Of a stretch of DNA of 64,000 bases, positions 25,801-38,369 are shown piece by piece (positions within the stretch are counted from its first letter, which is position 1; each line of letters starts with the position of its first letter). The stretch comes from Callorhinchus milii (lineage: Eukaryota), in assembly GCF_018977255.1 (NCBI RefSeq), contig NW_024704743.1, forward strand, positions 12,402,001 to 12,466,000, in the 5' to 3' direction. Position numbers and translations under genes: made by a program. Under the pieces are notes generated by a model. It made no database searches, was not told the origin of the DNA, and saw only the letters and a list, made by a program, of their open reading frames with translations.

Positions 25801-28531
25801 CTGCCAGAGAAGGTTAGTTCGATTCTACTATTCCTTTGTCAATTACATCACCTTAGAGCCAGCTTAGCTCCAAAGAGATGCCTCTTACCAAGGGAAGGAC
25901 GAATATTTTATACTCACAGTTCTACAATTTTTTTTGAAGGAGTTATTACCCCTGGAAAAGCGATCCGCCATTCGACTAACAACCGGATCCTACTTACTGC
26001 TAGGTAAACAGAGGCATGTAGAATAGGAAACTTGCCTAAAGTTTCTCCCTGCCTGGGATCGAACACAGATCGCTTACAAGCCGAGTGCTCTAACGACTGA
26101 GCTACAGGCTCCAAATCAAATGCACGGATAATTATTATTTATTATTATGATTATTTTGTTATATATTTTCCATCTTTTTAAAAGAGAATTCCAGACAGCG
26201 ATATCAATGGCAAGCTCTGTGGTTTTAGCTGTTTGACTCCAATAGTACACCAATACACACTCTGGGGTCCCCAAGGCTTGGCTGTTGCCAAATTGTGCCT
26301 GATACGTTCCGGAATTAGGTTAGCAGGATCTGTCCCTCCAGGGAGAGAGTGTGCATTCCATTCCAACAATCTATCCCTGGGATTTCCATGTGTAGGTGGG
26401 ATACATGGAAATCTCAGTTTGGTTTGGATACTCTTAAGCATGGTGCTGGGTTTCAGCATGTGTCAGACACCCAGCTGACCAAAAAAAAGAAAATTTTGTC
26501 ACCCAAATTAAATATGATCGATTTCCTCGCTGCCTTCCTGGCGGTTCGAGGGGTAGACACGCACCATTCAAAGGTTCAGTGAATGAAATCTAGCCGTTTT
26601 AATCAAGATCATGTGGCTCCCCGTTTTGTGCTGTCTCTCGAGTGCTCGCTCACTCTCCTGTTATCCAAAAACTAATTAGTGTTTTCTAGTTAGTGGCCGA
26701 CATGAAAATGCCCTTCACTGCTCTTGTGGGATCCCCACTGGCTGTGTGCTGTGCTGTTAATTGAGGTCGTAGCTTCCAGTGCATTGTGCCTCTCATAACT
26801 GCAGTGTCATGCTGTTGCTGCACCAACTGTTGACTAGTCTATGGGGGCAGGGAGTCATCCCACTCAGCTTTTGTTAACCCTGTAAGCTAAAGCCCAAATG
26901 GGTAGAATGGTCTTAGCTGGACAAGCAATGGAAAGCTTGCCAGACAGTGCTCTCAATGGCACACTGTTTGATTTTAGTTGGGTCAAAAACCCCAGCGTTA
27001 ACCCCAACGCATAAAACTCTATTGAGCTATATAAATGCCACGGCCTGTGTTGAAATGAAAGCAGACAAATATTCTCAGGGGTTTTCTCTATGGTTCTGAA
27101 GCCAAATTGTCTGGCTCCAGTTGTTGTGTGTGTGTGTGTGTGTGAGTGCGTGTGCATGTGTGTGCATGTTAAGTGTGCATATGTGAATTTGTGTATGTAT
27201 GTGCATGTATGTGAGTGTATGTATTTAAGTCTGTGTGTGTTTGCATATAATAATCATTGCATTTGTTATAGCGCCTCATTACATCGTTGAGACGTCCCAA
27301 AGTGCTTCACATAATATATTGTAAAGTGTATTTTGTGTGTGTGAAACACAGCAGCCAATTGCGCATAACAGTGTCCCACAAACGACCGTGGATTGTGTGA
27401 CCACATTTCCTTGGGGTACGGGGGTGGTAGGCATTATTAACCTCGGAAAGTAATCTACCAGTCGACTAACAACTAGGCTCCTACTTACTTCTACGTAAAC
27501 AGAATACATATGTGTGTAAATGTGTCTTTGGAGTCCTGTAGCTTAGCGGTTAGAGCACTCACCTCGCAAGTGAGAGAACCTGGTTTTGATTCCCTGGCAA
27601 GGCAAAACGTTGGGCAATTTCCTTATTCCACAAGCCTCTGTTTACCTAGAAGTAAACAGGAACCTGGTTGTTAGTTAATTGCCGGATTGGTTTTCCAGGG
27701 GTAGTAATCCCTTCAGATTTAAAAAAATAATAATAATTTGGTCACTCAATCCACGACTGTTTGTGGGACACTGCTGTACACAATTGGCTGCCATGTTTCG
27801 CCCACAAAATATACATTCTATTAACTTTACAGTCTATTTTGTGAAGCGCTTCAAGACGTCTTGAAGACGTGATAAGGTCCTATATCAAATGCAAGGATTA
27901 TTATATGCACACACACATGGATTTAAATACATACACACTCACAAACGCTCACACGCATTCACACACAAACTTGCATATGCACAAACACCCTAGGAATGAG
28001 GGGCGCTGTGTAAATGCAAGTTGTTGTTGTGACTGGGTTCACGTGTATGTAAGTATATGCTTGTTAATCCGTTGTTTTCTTAATGCCAGCTGCGATGTAA
28101 CATGCACAGTCGCAAGATGAGTGCAGTATATGTGATACTAAGTACAAGGTAGAAGCCACAGATTGAAAAGATGCGCAACATATTCAGCCAACAGAGAGAG
28201 ACGATCTATATTTTCTTTGAAGCTGTCGTTTTTCATGGCTTATTGATCCCACATTGTTAGAAAATAAAATCAGCCATAATCCGTTTGCAACCAGATATCT
28301 GACTGTTTTATTATTATTCGTTCGTTATTCCCCAATATCCCGATGGGTCAGACCAAAGGCCGGTACAATCAACAGATCTTATAACGGAATAATACCACCG
28401 TAGATATCTCGAGTTCAACACTGTGTCTTTACAGCACACAAACTTGATTCTTCATGCTTTCAGTCTTCTTGCTTACAGCTTTCAATCTTCCATCTGATAT
28501 CCTCAGTCTTAGTGTTTCTAGCTCTCAGTCT

Positions 28532-28768
28532 TCCATCTCCCGTACCCTTGTCTCCGCAACCCGGGATGGCCCCATCTCCCGTACTCTTGTTTCCGCAGCC
28601 CGGGACGACCCCATCTCCCATACCCTTGTCTCCGCAGCCCGGGATGGCCCCATCTCCCGTATCCTTGTCTCCACAGCCCGGGACGGCCCCATCTCCCGTA
28701 TCCTTGTCTCCGCAGCCCGGGACGGCCCCATCTCCCGTATCCTTGTCTCTGCGACCCGGGACGGCCCC
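28532..28768. repeat. 39-bp minisatellite (CCATCTCCCGTATCCTTGTCTCCGCAGCCCGGGACGGCC) x about 6
   Basis: Read directly; it gives a 13-aa periodicity in four ORF-track entries. Confidence 0.92.
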
Positions 28769-30451
28769 GTACACAAAGTTATCAGAACTCTTATACTGAT
28801 GTTCGTCCAATCATGGTGCGGACATTAGATCACCTGTCGAAATCATGCTGAGTTCACGTGAACACCTCATGGGGTGTACGTGCCTCAGCACACATACACA
28901 TTGTCCTTAAGACCTCTGTTATCTGATGCTTGTTATTTTGTAAAGTGGGATCATTAGTACATTCCTTTTAAGTGACTGGTTATTTCTTATCAGTATCCCG
29001 GGATGGTACCAAGGCCCTCTAGTTTAAGCAACTTGCTCGTTAGCTGCTATTCTTGAGGGTTGCCTTTTGTTGCTCTTGAGTGTTACTCATGAGTGTCAGT
29101 CCAGTTGCCCCCCACACTTAACTTGAAAGTTAGCCCGTTCGCAACATCTATTATGATTCTAACATTATACAAAAAGTGTAAATTCTAACAACGTGGGAAG
29201 CATGCCCAATGTTATGAGTCGTGCGCAGTCTGATACTGCAGGATGTGTATAAGGCAGAGCATAAAAACATCTTTATTTTCAAGGTTCTACGAATCACACA
29301 TATATATAAACACAATAAATATCTAAATTCTAATACAACAGAATGCATATTATATAGCCCAGATTGTTGTACAATGTTATATATCTAACACATTTTATAG
29401 CACAGTGATGTTTATTAGCCCTGTTATTAGCCAATTAATACTAATAATCATTGCATTTGATATAGTGCCTTATAACAATGTCAAAACATCTGAAAGCGCT
29501 TCACAGGATTTTTAACTGTAAAATATAATGGCAGCCAATTTGTGCACAACAATGTTCCACAAACAAACAAAAACAAATTACATTTATATAGCTCCTTTCA
29601 CATTGGAAGGACGTCCCAAACAGACATGAAATGAATGACCAATTTTATCTGGGGTGACTGTTGGCCAGGTCAGATGCCCTTCACTTTTCAAAAACTGTAC
29701 TATGGGAAACTTAATATCCACCTGAACAGGTAGACATGATCTCCTAGATGTAACATCTTAAATGAAGCTCCCCCAGGACTGAAGTGAAGTGTCAGCCTAG
29801 ACTAAGCTGAAGGTTGCGATGTGGGTCTTGGGCCCACATCCTTCTAATTCAGAGGTGAGAGTGCTAACAGCTATCTCATACAGCCTTGAATTGTTATTTG
29901 AAATTAAATCCCAGGAAAACATGTTCTTGTGCACTGGAGAATATAGTACATAATGAACTTCTCAAATTGTTTGTGAAGCTGATTAAATTGCCTCTGCATC
30001 ACAATGCACCAATGCTGCAGGTTTCAATACTGCTCGCAATAAAATCTATGGCCTAAACTGTAGCTTTGTGAATGTTTCTGTGCTCCAACAATCGGGTGTG
30101 GGGCGGGGGGAGAGAGATTTCAATAAATAAATCCATGCATTTTATATAGTGCCTTTCACATCAGGGTGACCTCTCAAAGTGCTTGCTGGCTTTTCGAGCA
30201 AAAACTTGCTTTTATAGAGAATTCCATGCATCCCATCTAGACTTGAAATTCCCGAGATACTTATTGGATTGGAATGCACACTCTGTCCCTGGAGGGATGC
30301 ATCCTGCTTACCTAATTCCAGAAAGTATTAGGTGCAGGTTGGAAAGAGCCAAGACATGGGGACCCCAGAGTGTGCATTGGGGTCCAGTCACCTAAAACTG
30401 CATAACTTACCATTGAGAGCACTGCCTAGCAAGCTTTCCCTACCCCCAGTG

Positions 30452-30777
30452 TGGAGTCCTGTAGCTCAGTGGTTAGAGCACTCGCTTTGCAAGTGAGAGA
30501 CCTGAGTTCAATTCCAGGCAGAGGCGAAACCTTGGGCAAGTTTCCTTACTCCACACAGAGCCTAATAATAATCCCTCCAAAAAAACAAAACAATAATAAA
30601 TTGGTCATTTTCAATCCACGACTGTTTGTGGGACATTGCTGTGTGCAATTGGCTGCCGCGTTTGCCCACAAATATACAGTCAATTCACTTTACAGTATAT
30701 TCTGTGAAGTGCTTTGGGACGTCTAGAAGATGTGAAAAGCGCTATATCAAATGCAAGGATTATTATTATTATTATTA
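30452..30777 (+). mobile_element. Full-length tRNA(Ala-like)-derived SINE with L2-type tail
   Basis: A-box TAGCTCAGTGG, anticodon-like arm ctcgcTTTGCAAgtgag, B-box GAGTTCAATTC, and 3' end gtgaaaagcgctatatcaaatgcaagg(att)n. Dozens of older copies occur through the window. Confidence 0.92.
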
Positions 30778-31005
30778 ATCTGCTCTTCCTGGTCCTGCAG
30801 TTGAGCCAGGCTGGCTGTGCTGTCATCAGCAGTGCCCTGGAATACTCCAGACGCGGATCAGGAACTGTATTACCGAGACCGCCATAGAGAGTGGACTCGA
30901 TCCTGACATTCTGTTGCTAAACATGTTTACTTAGAGCCAGTTCAGCTCCAAGGAGACCCTGCTTACCTCCCCCTCCCTCCACCACCACCAAGGAGGATAG
31001 TCACT

Positions 31006-31149
31006 GCAAAACTCAAAATACTGCAGATGCTGGAAGTCTCAAGCAAAAACAGAAGTCGCTGGGAACACTCAGCAGGTCAGGCAGCATCTATGGAGAAAGG
31101 AAAGTGAGTCAACGTTTCAAGTCCATGACCTTTCGTCGAGTTTTGACCA
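31006..31149 (-). mobile_element. Penelope pseudo-LTR fragment with 12-bp target-site duplication
   Basis: Homologous to 45415-45550; flanked by AGGATAGTCACT at 30994-31005 and 31150-31161. Confidence 0.8.
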
Positions 31150-34100
31150 AGGATAGTCACTAGTTGGGGCTTCAATCCACAACCTTCTCATTTAGATGTG
31201 AGACAACTGCCAAATGAGTCAGGAATGTCAATGAATGTTTTTTGCCAAACAGAACAAAAAACAGAACAGAACAGAATTTTACAGTAAAGTGTAGTGACTG
31301 TGTATGTAGGCGTCTGTGGCACCAATTTGCAGACAACAATGACCGACAAACAGCCATGCAGTGAATGATTAATTTTATTTGGGGAGATTTGTTGGCCAGT
31401 CAACTTTGGTGATTTCTTTCAGGTAAATTGACAGATGTATAAAGTGCTGCATAACTCTAAGCTAGACGTTTGCAGGTACCTTTTTTTAGGAGCTGTCGTA
31501 AGCTAGGATTGATGTAACTTGTCTGCTAATGTTTATCGATTGCACTCTTGTGAACAATTGATCATGGCAATGACAGTGCATTAAAATTAATGAGTTAAAT
31601 TGAAACTGGATATTTATGGCATAAGCATTTCTGCCTTTTTGAGCACCAACTTGCTCATGGGGGCTTTCTCCTGGTGTATTGGCCTCACATAGAGCTTGAA
31701 CCCACACCCTCTGACACAGCGATTGCTACCAATGGAGTCAGGCTGACCCCTTGTTTTGCCAAACATGGACAGCAACCCTTGCCTCCATGCGTCCCTGTTT
31801 ACCTAGCAGTAAGTAGGAACCTGTTTTTTAATTGATTGCAGGATCGCGTTTCTGGGATCCCTTGACAAAAAAATAATAATAATAATTTGGTCACTCAATC
31901 CACGACTATTTGTGGGACACTGCTGTGCACATTTGGCTGCTCCATTTTGCCCCATAAATATGCAGTCAATTCACTTTAGAGTATATTCTGTGAAGTACTT
32001 TGAGACATCTCGAAGATGTGATAAGGCGCTATATGAAATGCAAGGATTATTATCAGTATTAATAAAGATAGTACCCCTTTAATAAAGACAATACAACAAT
32101 AACTTGCATTTTTTTACAGCATCTTTCACATGGGATAGCGTCTTGGAGTGTTTAAGTAGTGGAGCAGGATGCTAAGCTGGGGAGAAAAGGGAGGTGACCC
32201 TTGATGTAATAATAATCCTTGCATTTGATATAGCGCCTTATCACGTCTTCGAGACATCTCAAAATGCTTCGCAGAATATACTGTAAAGTGAATTGACTGT
32301 ATATTTGTGGGTGAAACAATAATTCTCAATCCCAAACTTGGGTATATTAGTAAGTTTCTTTATTAGCAATTCAGAGCACTCCAATTTATTAACCATATCC
32401 ACACCAATTTATGCGACTCCCAGTGTCTTTTTGTACTTCCTGTCTTTATCTCATTGGCTCTTTCTTAATTGCTTTTTACTTCTTAAATAAATATTCTACA
32501 GTAGACACAGTCAAAGAAGAAGGTCTTCAGATGCCAACTAAAGATAGATAAAGATTAGACAAGATGAAGGGATAGAAAGCATAGCCACACGTCACCGATG
32601 GTAGAGTGGAGGGAACGAGGGACGTGTAGAAGGCCGGAGCCAGCTGTGCAAAGGGCGGGTAGTGGAGTGGGTGTAAGCAGGTTGCAGAGTTCGGGAGGTG
32701 CTAGTGCACCTTTTATAACGACAGCACAACATCAAATTTTAATTTATATAGCACAGTTCACTGAAGATAATGTCTCAGAGCGCTAAACGATGCAATAGTT
32801 TGACACAAAGCCAGAAGAAAGGGAAGGTGAGTATAGGCACAGTTGAAGAGTGCGATCTGTAGACGGGTAAAGGAGGGGGGAGCAAGTCGGAGGGATTCAG
32901 CAGAAAGTTCCATAGACAGGGCACCAATGATGGAGCAGAGGCATCTTTAAAGTACCCCCTTTAAGAAAAGACAATATCTCTTTAATAAGGATCTCTTTAA
33001 TATCCCTTTAATAGAGTGCAGGTTTTGGGTTAGAACTATGGCTGAAAAAAGGTGACTGCTTCCAACGAGAAATGGCATTGAGGAGGAACAAGGATTCTGA
33101 AATGTGACTCAACCACTATGCCCAAGTCTTTGGTACTTCCTGGCTCAATCCCTCCGGCTCGCTCTCTCTTTGCCCATCTTCAAATCACACCTAAAGTTTT
33201 CCTGTTCAACCATGCCTTCGGTCACCTCCCCTCTCTTTCCAGCTATGCATCAAACCACACACTTGTTAAGTGCTCTCAGACAGTACCCATGTGAAAGAGT
33301 TGTTGTTGTTGCTTTGCTCGAACCTTGAAACTGCCTTGACCATAATGGGTTAGAATGATTGACAGGTTAGAATGATTGACAGGTTGGAATGTGTCTGGTG
33401 CAGGAGTGAATTCACTAGAATTATTTGGAAGAAAATAATTGAAATTGAAATTTTTTTGTGTGTGCCGTCTAAACACAAGGACGTGAGAAAAATGTTCTTG
33501 ATTTGTAAGAGGAAAGAGGGCTGGTGGGGAGATAAGGATGATAGCTTTGCACAGTGGGAAGTCTGTAAAATATTTCCCTGGGGCTCCATATTGTAATAGG
33601 CAAACCTTTTTTTCCTGTGTTAATGATTCAGACCAGAGATATGGAATGGGAGGAATGTAACCCTCAGGGTACGGTAGAATATAATTAGGGGGTTTACAAA
33701 AAGTGCCTTGGTCTTGAAAGTAAAAGCCATTCCCTCTCAGAAACCAGAGATGAATTAAATGGAAATGATTTTAATGCCTAACATTTTTGTGTAGATGCCT
33801 GCTTGTTTGTCTTTTGTCCACTCTCGAACCATAGACATTTACATCGCAGAAGAAGCTCTTTTAAGAGTGATCCTTTCAGCCCAATAATAATAATTAGCAT
33901 TTGGTACAATGTCTGATCACGTTGAAACTTCTCAAAGCACTCCACAGGGCTTTTCTGCAAAGTGGCAGTAAATGTGCATTTGTAGGCTACAGATTAATAA
34001 AGTGTTGTTTTGATTAATAAAGTAAACTGTTTTGATTCAAAATCAAATGCCCTTGAAGTGTATATCCCGGTATTTGATTAGCCTTATTGATAATGTCTTC

Positions 34101-34996
34101 CATGTCATTGATGAAATGGTGCTAACAGCTTGGAATCCTCTGCGGATCTCCACTAATTACTGCCTTTCCATCACTCCCTGCGCAGAGAGGTTTTTTCTTT
34201 TGACATCACCTCCTTCTGCTCTCTGTTGTCAAGCCTTTAACAGAGAGAGAAAAAAATTTGGTCATTCAACCCACGACTGTTTGCTGTGCGCAATTAGCTG
34301 CTGTGTTTTACCCACAAAATACACAATCAATCCACTTTACATTATATTTTGTGGAGCGCTTTGAGACGTCTCAACGAAGTGATAAAGCACTGTATCAAAT
34401 GCAAGGATTATTATAGAAGCAGTTCCAGAGAATTTGCAGAGGGGGCATGGTATCGTACTGAAGTTAAGAGTCAGTCTGGCTCAGTGGGTAGCACTCTCGC
34501 CTCTGAATCAGACGTTTGTGAGTTTGTGACTTGATCTCACATAGTGGATGCTGACACACCATACATCCTAGGGGTGTGTTGCATTGTCAGAGGTGCTGTT
34601 CTTCACATGAGATGTTAAATCGAGGTCCTATCTGCCTTTTCAGCTGGACGTGAAAGATCTCAAGACTCTACTTGAAAAAGAAGGGAGTTTCTCCCAGTAT
34701 CCTGGCCAACAATCCCCCCCCAAAATAAAATTAATCACAGTGGCTTTTTGTGGGATATTGTCGGGCATAAATTGGCATAAATTCACATTCGCCAAAAAAT
34801 ACACAGTCACTACGCTTCATAGTAAATCCATTGAAGCGGTTTATCAAATGCAGAATTATTGTAAATATAGAGACAATCTCAGTCCAGGTTTGTATGATTG
34901 ACCAATTTTTTTATCTGTGGGATTTTTGGCTGGGATACTCTTTTTGAGTGCTGCCATGCGATCTTCAACATTCATCTAAACAGCTTCCAGTGGGTG

Positions 34997-35586
34997 TTTT
35001 TTTTGGTTAGCTGGTGTTTGACACATGCGGAAACCCATCACCATGCTTAAGAGTATCCAAACCAAACTGAGATTTCCATGCATCCCACCTCCACATGGAA
35101 ATCCCAGAGATAGATGGTTGGAATGGAATTCACACTGTCTTCCTGGAGGGATGCATCCTGCTACCCAATTCTGAAAAGTATTAGGCACAGGTTGGTAAGA
35201 GCCAAGGCTTGGGGACCCTAGAGTGTGCGTTGAGGTACTGCTGGAGTCTACCAACTAAAACCTCATAGCTTGCCATTGAGAGCACTGACTGGCAAGCTTT
35301 CCCACTGCTTGTCCAGCTAGGATCACCCCATGCATTAAAGCTTTCGCTTGCAGGATTACAGGAGCTCAGTCAGAAGAGTCCCTGCGCCTAGTAACCAGTC
35401 TGTCCTAAGTCCTGCCGACTGTTATCAGCCGTGAAATATTGTAGACCTGTTTGGCTCATGAACTGGGTTATTGAGACTGCCACAGAGGGTTGGCTGCATT
35501 CTGACATTCTGTTGCCAAACACGTCACCTTGAAGCCAATTCAGCTCAAAGGAGACCCCGCTTACCTCCCCCCCCCAAGTGGATAGT
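34997..35586 (-). mobile_element. Unclassified A-tailed dispersed repeat, about 600 bp (most complete copy)
   Basis: Homologous segments at about 5195-5331, 23210-23400, 25545-25890, 26185-26488, 26850-27010, 30215-31005, 52723-53190, 59950-60110, 62740-62865 and 63215-63375. Confidence 0.75.
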
Positions 35587-35771
35587 AGGCCAATGGGAAT
35601 TATCGTAAAGCACTTCTGAGACGTTTCAACGTTCTAGGCAATATCAAAATTGTTTAACTGAAAACGGCTAAACTACAGAGGTGTGGGGGGAAAGCACAGG
35701 TAAATAGGATTAAAGCATGATGGACTGAATGTCCTTAAATGCCGATGGTTTTCTGTTCATTTTCATTTTTA

Positions 35772-38365
35772 ATAACAACAAGAACACTACATTTGTATGG
35801 CGTCTTTCATGTTAGGAGGACATCCCAAGGCGCTGGACAGTCAATATTTTGGACCCGAGCTGGGGGTAGGGATCGGGGAGTAGAGGGCAGGGAGAAAAGG
35901 TGATGATCGAAAGCATGGTCGAAGAGGAGGGTCTTGAGATGTTTTGAAGGAGGCAAGGTGGGAGGCAAGGCGGAGGGACTGTGGGATGGAGTTCCAGAGT
36001 GGCTGAAGGTCCGCCCGCCAATGGTGGGCAGGCGAAGTGGGGGATGTGAAGCAGGCCGCAGCCCGTTGAGCAGAGGGAGAGGGCAGGATGGTAGGGGATT
36101 AGTAGGTCGCAGAGGTAGGGGAGAGTGAGACCATGGAGGGTTTTGAAGGTGAGGACCAGAATCTTGAACTGTATCCTCTGCATGATGGGAAGCCAGTGGA
36201 GTTGGGCGAGGATGGGGGTGATAGGGTCATGGAGCCTGGTGAGGAAGAGGGCACGGGCTGCAGAGTTCTGGATGATCTGCAGCCTATGGAGGAAGGAATT
36301 GGGGAGGCCGACAACCAAGGACTTTGCGTAGTCAATCCTCAATTTTATGAATGTGTGTATGAGGGTTTCGGCAGTCTGTGGTGTGAGACAATGGCGGAGC
36401 CGGGTGATGTTGCGGAGGTGGGGGAAGGCAGAATTGGTCATGGCACAAATGTGAGGTAAAAAGGATAGTTGAGGGTTAAACAAGATGCCAAGGATCCAGA
36501 CTGCTTTAGTAAGGTGGAGTGTTCATTCTTGCATTCTTGGATGGTGATGCTGTCAGCGCCTGAGGTGAGGAGGTGCTGACGGGAGCCAATCAAGAGTCTT
36601 GTTGATGCTCAATTGAAGAAAGTTAGCTCTCATCCAGGACTTGATGTCTGACAGACATTCAATCAGGACAGCAGTGGTCCTGGAGTTAATAATAATAATA
36701 ATAATAATCCTTGCATTTGATATAGCGCTTTTCACGTCGGGAGGATTTCCCAAAGCGCTTCACAGAACACACTGTAAAGTGAATTGACTGTATATTTGTG
36801 GGCGAATGTGGCAGCCAATTGTGCACAGCAATGTCCCACAAACAGTCATAGATTGAAAATGACCAATTTATTATTGTTTTTGGTTTTTGAGGGATTATTA
36901 TTAGGCTCTGTGTGGAGTAAGGAAACTTGCCCAAGGTTTCGCCCTGACCTGCCTGGAATTGAACTCAGGTCTCTCGCTTGCAAAGCGAGTGCTCTAACCA
37001 CTGAGCTACAGGACTCCAGGAGTTGAGGATGAGGCAGAGAGCTACAGTTGTGGGTCATCTGCATACATGTATAAATTGACCCCATGTCTGTGGATGATGT
37101 CACCAACAGCGAGCATATAGATATTGAAGAGGAGGGGACCAAGGCCAGAGCCCTGAGAAACGCCGCACGAGACAGTGGAGGGGCTAGAGGAAAAGCCGTT
37201 TGTGGTGATGAAGTGGAGACAGCGTGAGAGGTGGGATCTGAACCATTCAAGAACAGAACCATGAAGGTTGAGGTGAAAGGAGAGGCGGTGGATGAGGATA
37301 GAGTGGTCAACGGTGTTGAAGGCTGCAGAGAGGTCAAGGAGGACGAGGAGGCAGAGGGAGTCCTGGTCGCAGATGAGCAGAATATCATTTGTCACTTTGA
37401 CCAGGGCTGTTTCTGTGTGTGAGAGGCACGGAAACGTGATTGGAGGGTTTTGTGGAGGGAGTGGCGGGAGAGGAAGGAGGGAAGCTGGGAAGCAACAACT
37501 CGTTCCAGGATCTTGGAGAGAAAAGGGAGGTTGGAGATGGGGCAGTAGTTTAAGAGCAGGAGTGGGTCCAGGGAGGGTTTTTTAAGGAGTGATGATGGCC
37601 ATTTTTAAAGGGATGGGAACGATACCAGTGGACAGGGAGAGGTTTATGATGTCTGTGAGCAGAGGGGCAAGGAGCTGGAGCTGGGAGGTAAGGAGAGGGG
37701 TAGGGATTGGGTTGAAGGAGCAGGTTGTTGAGTTCATGTGGATTATAGTGGTAGTGAGAGAGCAGTGGGAGACAGATTCGATGGTGTGGAGGGGGGAATG
37801 GGTGGGGGCCGGGGTGTGAGGGGGAGATGTTGAGGGAGTAGTAGACGGAAGGGCAGAGGCAACTGAGCGGATACCCTCAACTTTGGATTCGAGGAAGTCC
37901 AGCATCGCCTCGCAATTGGCATTGGAGGTGAGGATGGGTGAGGGGTGAGAGGCAGGGTGGAGGAGCCGGTTGGTGATGGAGAAGAGGAGCCTGGGGTTGT
38001 CCTTAGCCTCCAAGATTCTCTTGGAGTAGAATGACGATTTAGTGGAGTCAAGGGAGGAGCGATAAGGTTTGATAAGGTCCAGCCAGATCTGCCGATGAAC
38101 CATTAATTTCGATTTAAGCCAGGTGCGTTCAGCGGCAGGCACCTGTCCTTTAAGGGAGCGGAGGTGGCAGGTGTATCATGATGACTTACGTGAGTAGGAA
38201 ACGGTTTGGGCAAGGGAATCCAGAGTGGAGGAGAGGGAGCTGTGGAGGAAAGTGAAGGAGGGGGTGAAGTGAAGGTTGAAGTCGCCTAGGATGAGGAGGC
38301 GTTGAGCAGAGGAAGATGGAAGATAGGAGTGTGGATATGTCGGGGAGGAAGGTAGGAAGGAGGAA
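35772..38365 (-). mobile_element. L2 ORF2 (decayed), interrupted by a SINE
   Basis: Minus-strand motifs ILGDFN, LLDLSAAFNTVDH, GVSQGSGLGP, YADDPQL and LQIIQNSAAR. Confidence 0.9.
36688..37018 (-). mobile_element. Full-length young SINE inserted in L2, with 6-bp target-site duplication GGAGTT
   Basis: GGAGTT at 36682-36687 and 37019-37024; removing the SINE restores the L2 sequence. Confidence 0.9.
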
Positions 38366-38369
38366 AAAA

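Noticed and set aside
30453..30525. tRNA-Ala(TGC) gene
   Set aside because: It is a SINE head: the acceptor stem does not close and the sequence runs into the SINE body in every copy.
32799..32826. 28-nt candidate for the missing exon (ag...GAAG|gtgagt, correct phase)
   Set aside because: No polypyrimidine tract, lies in what appears to be an antisense L2 3' region, and has no resemblance to PRKAG2 exon 5.
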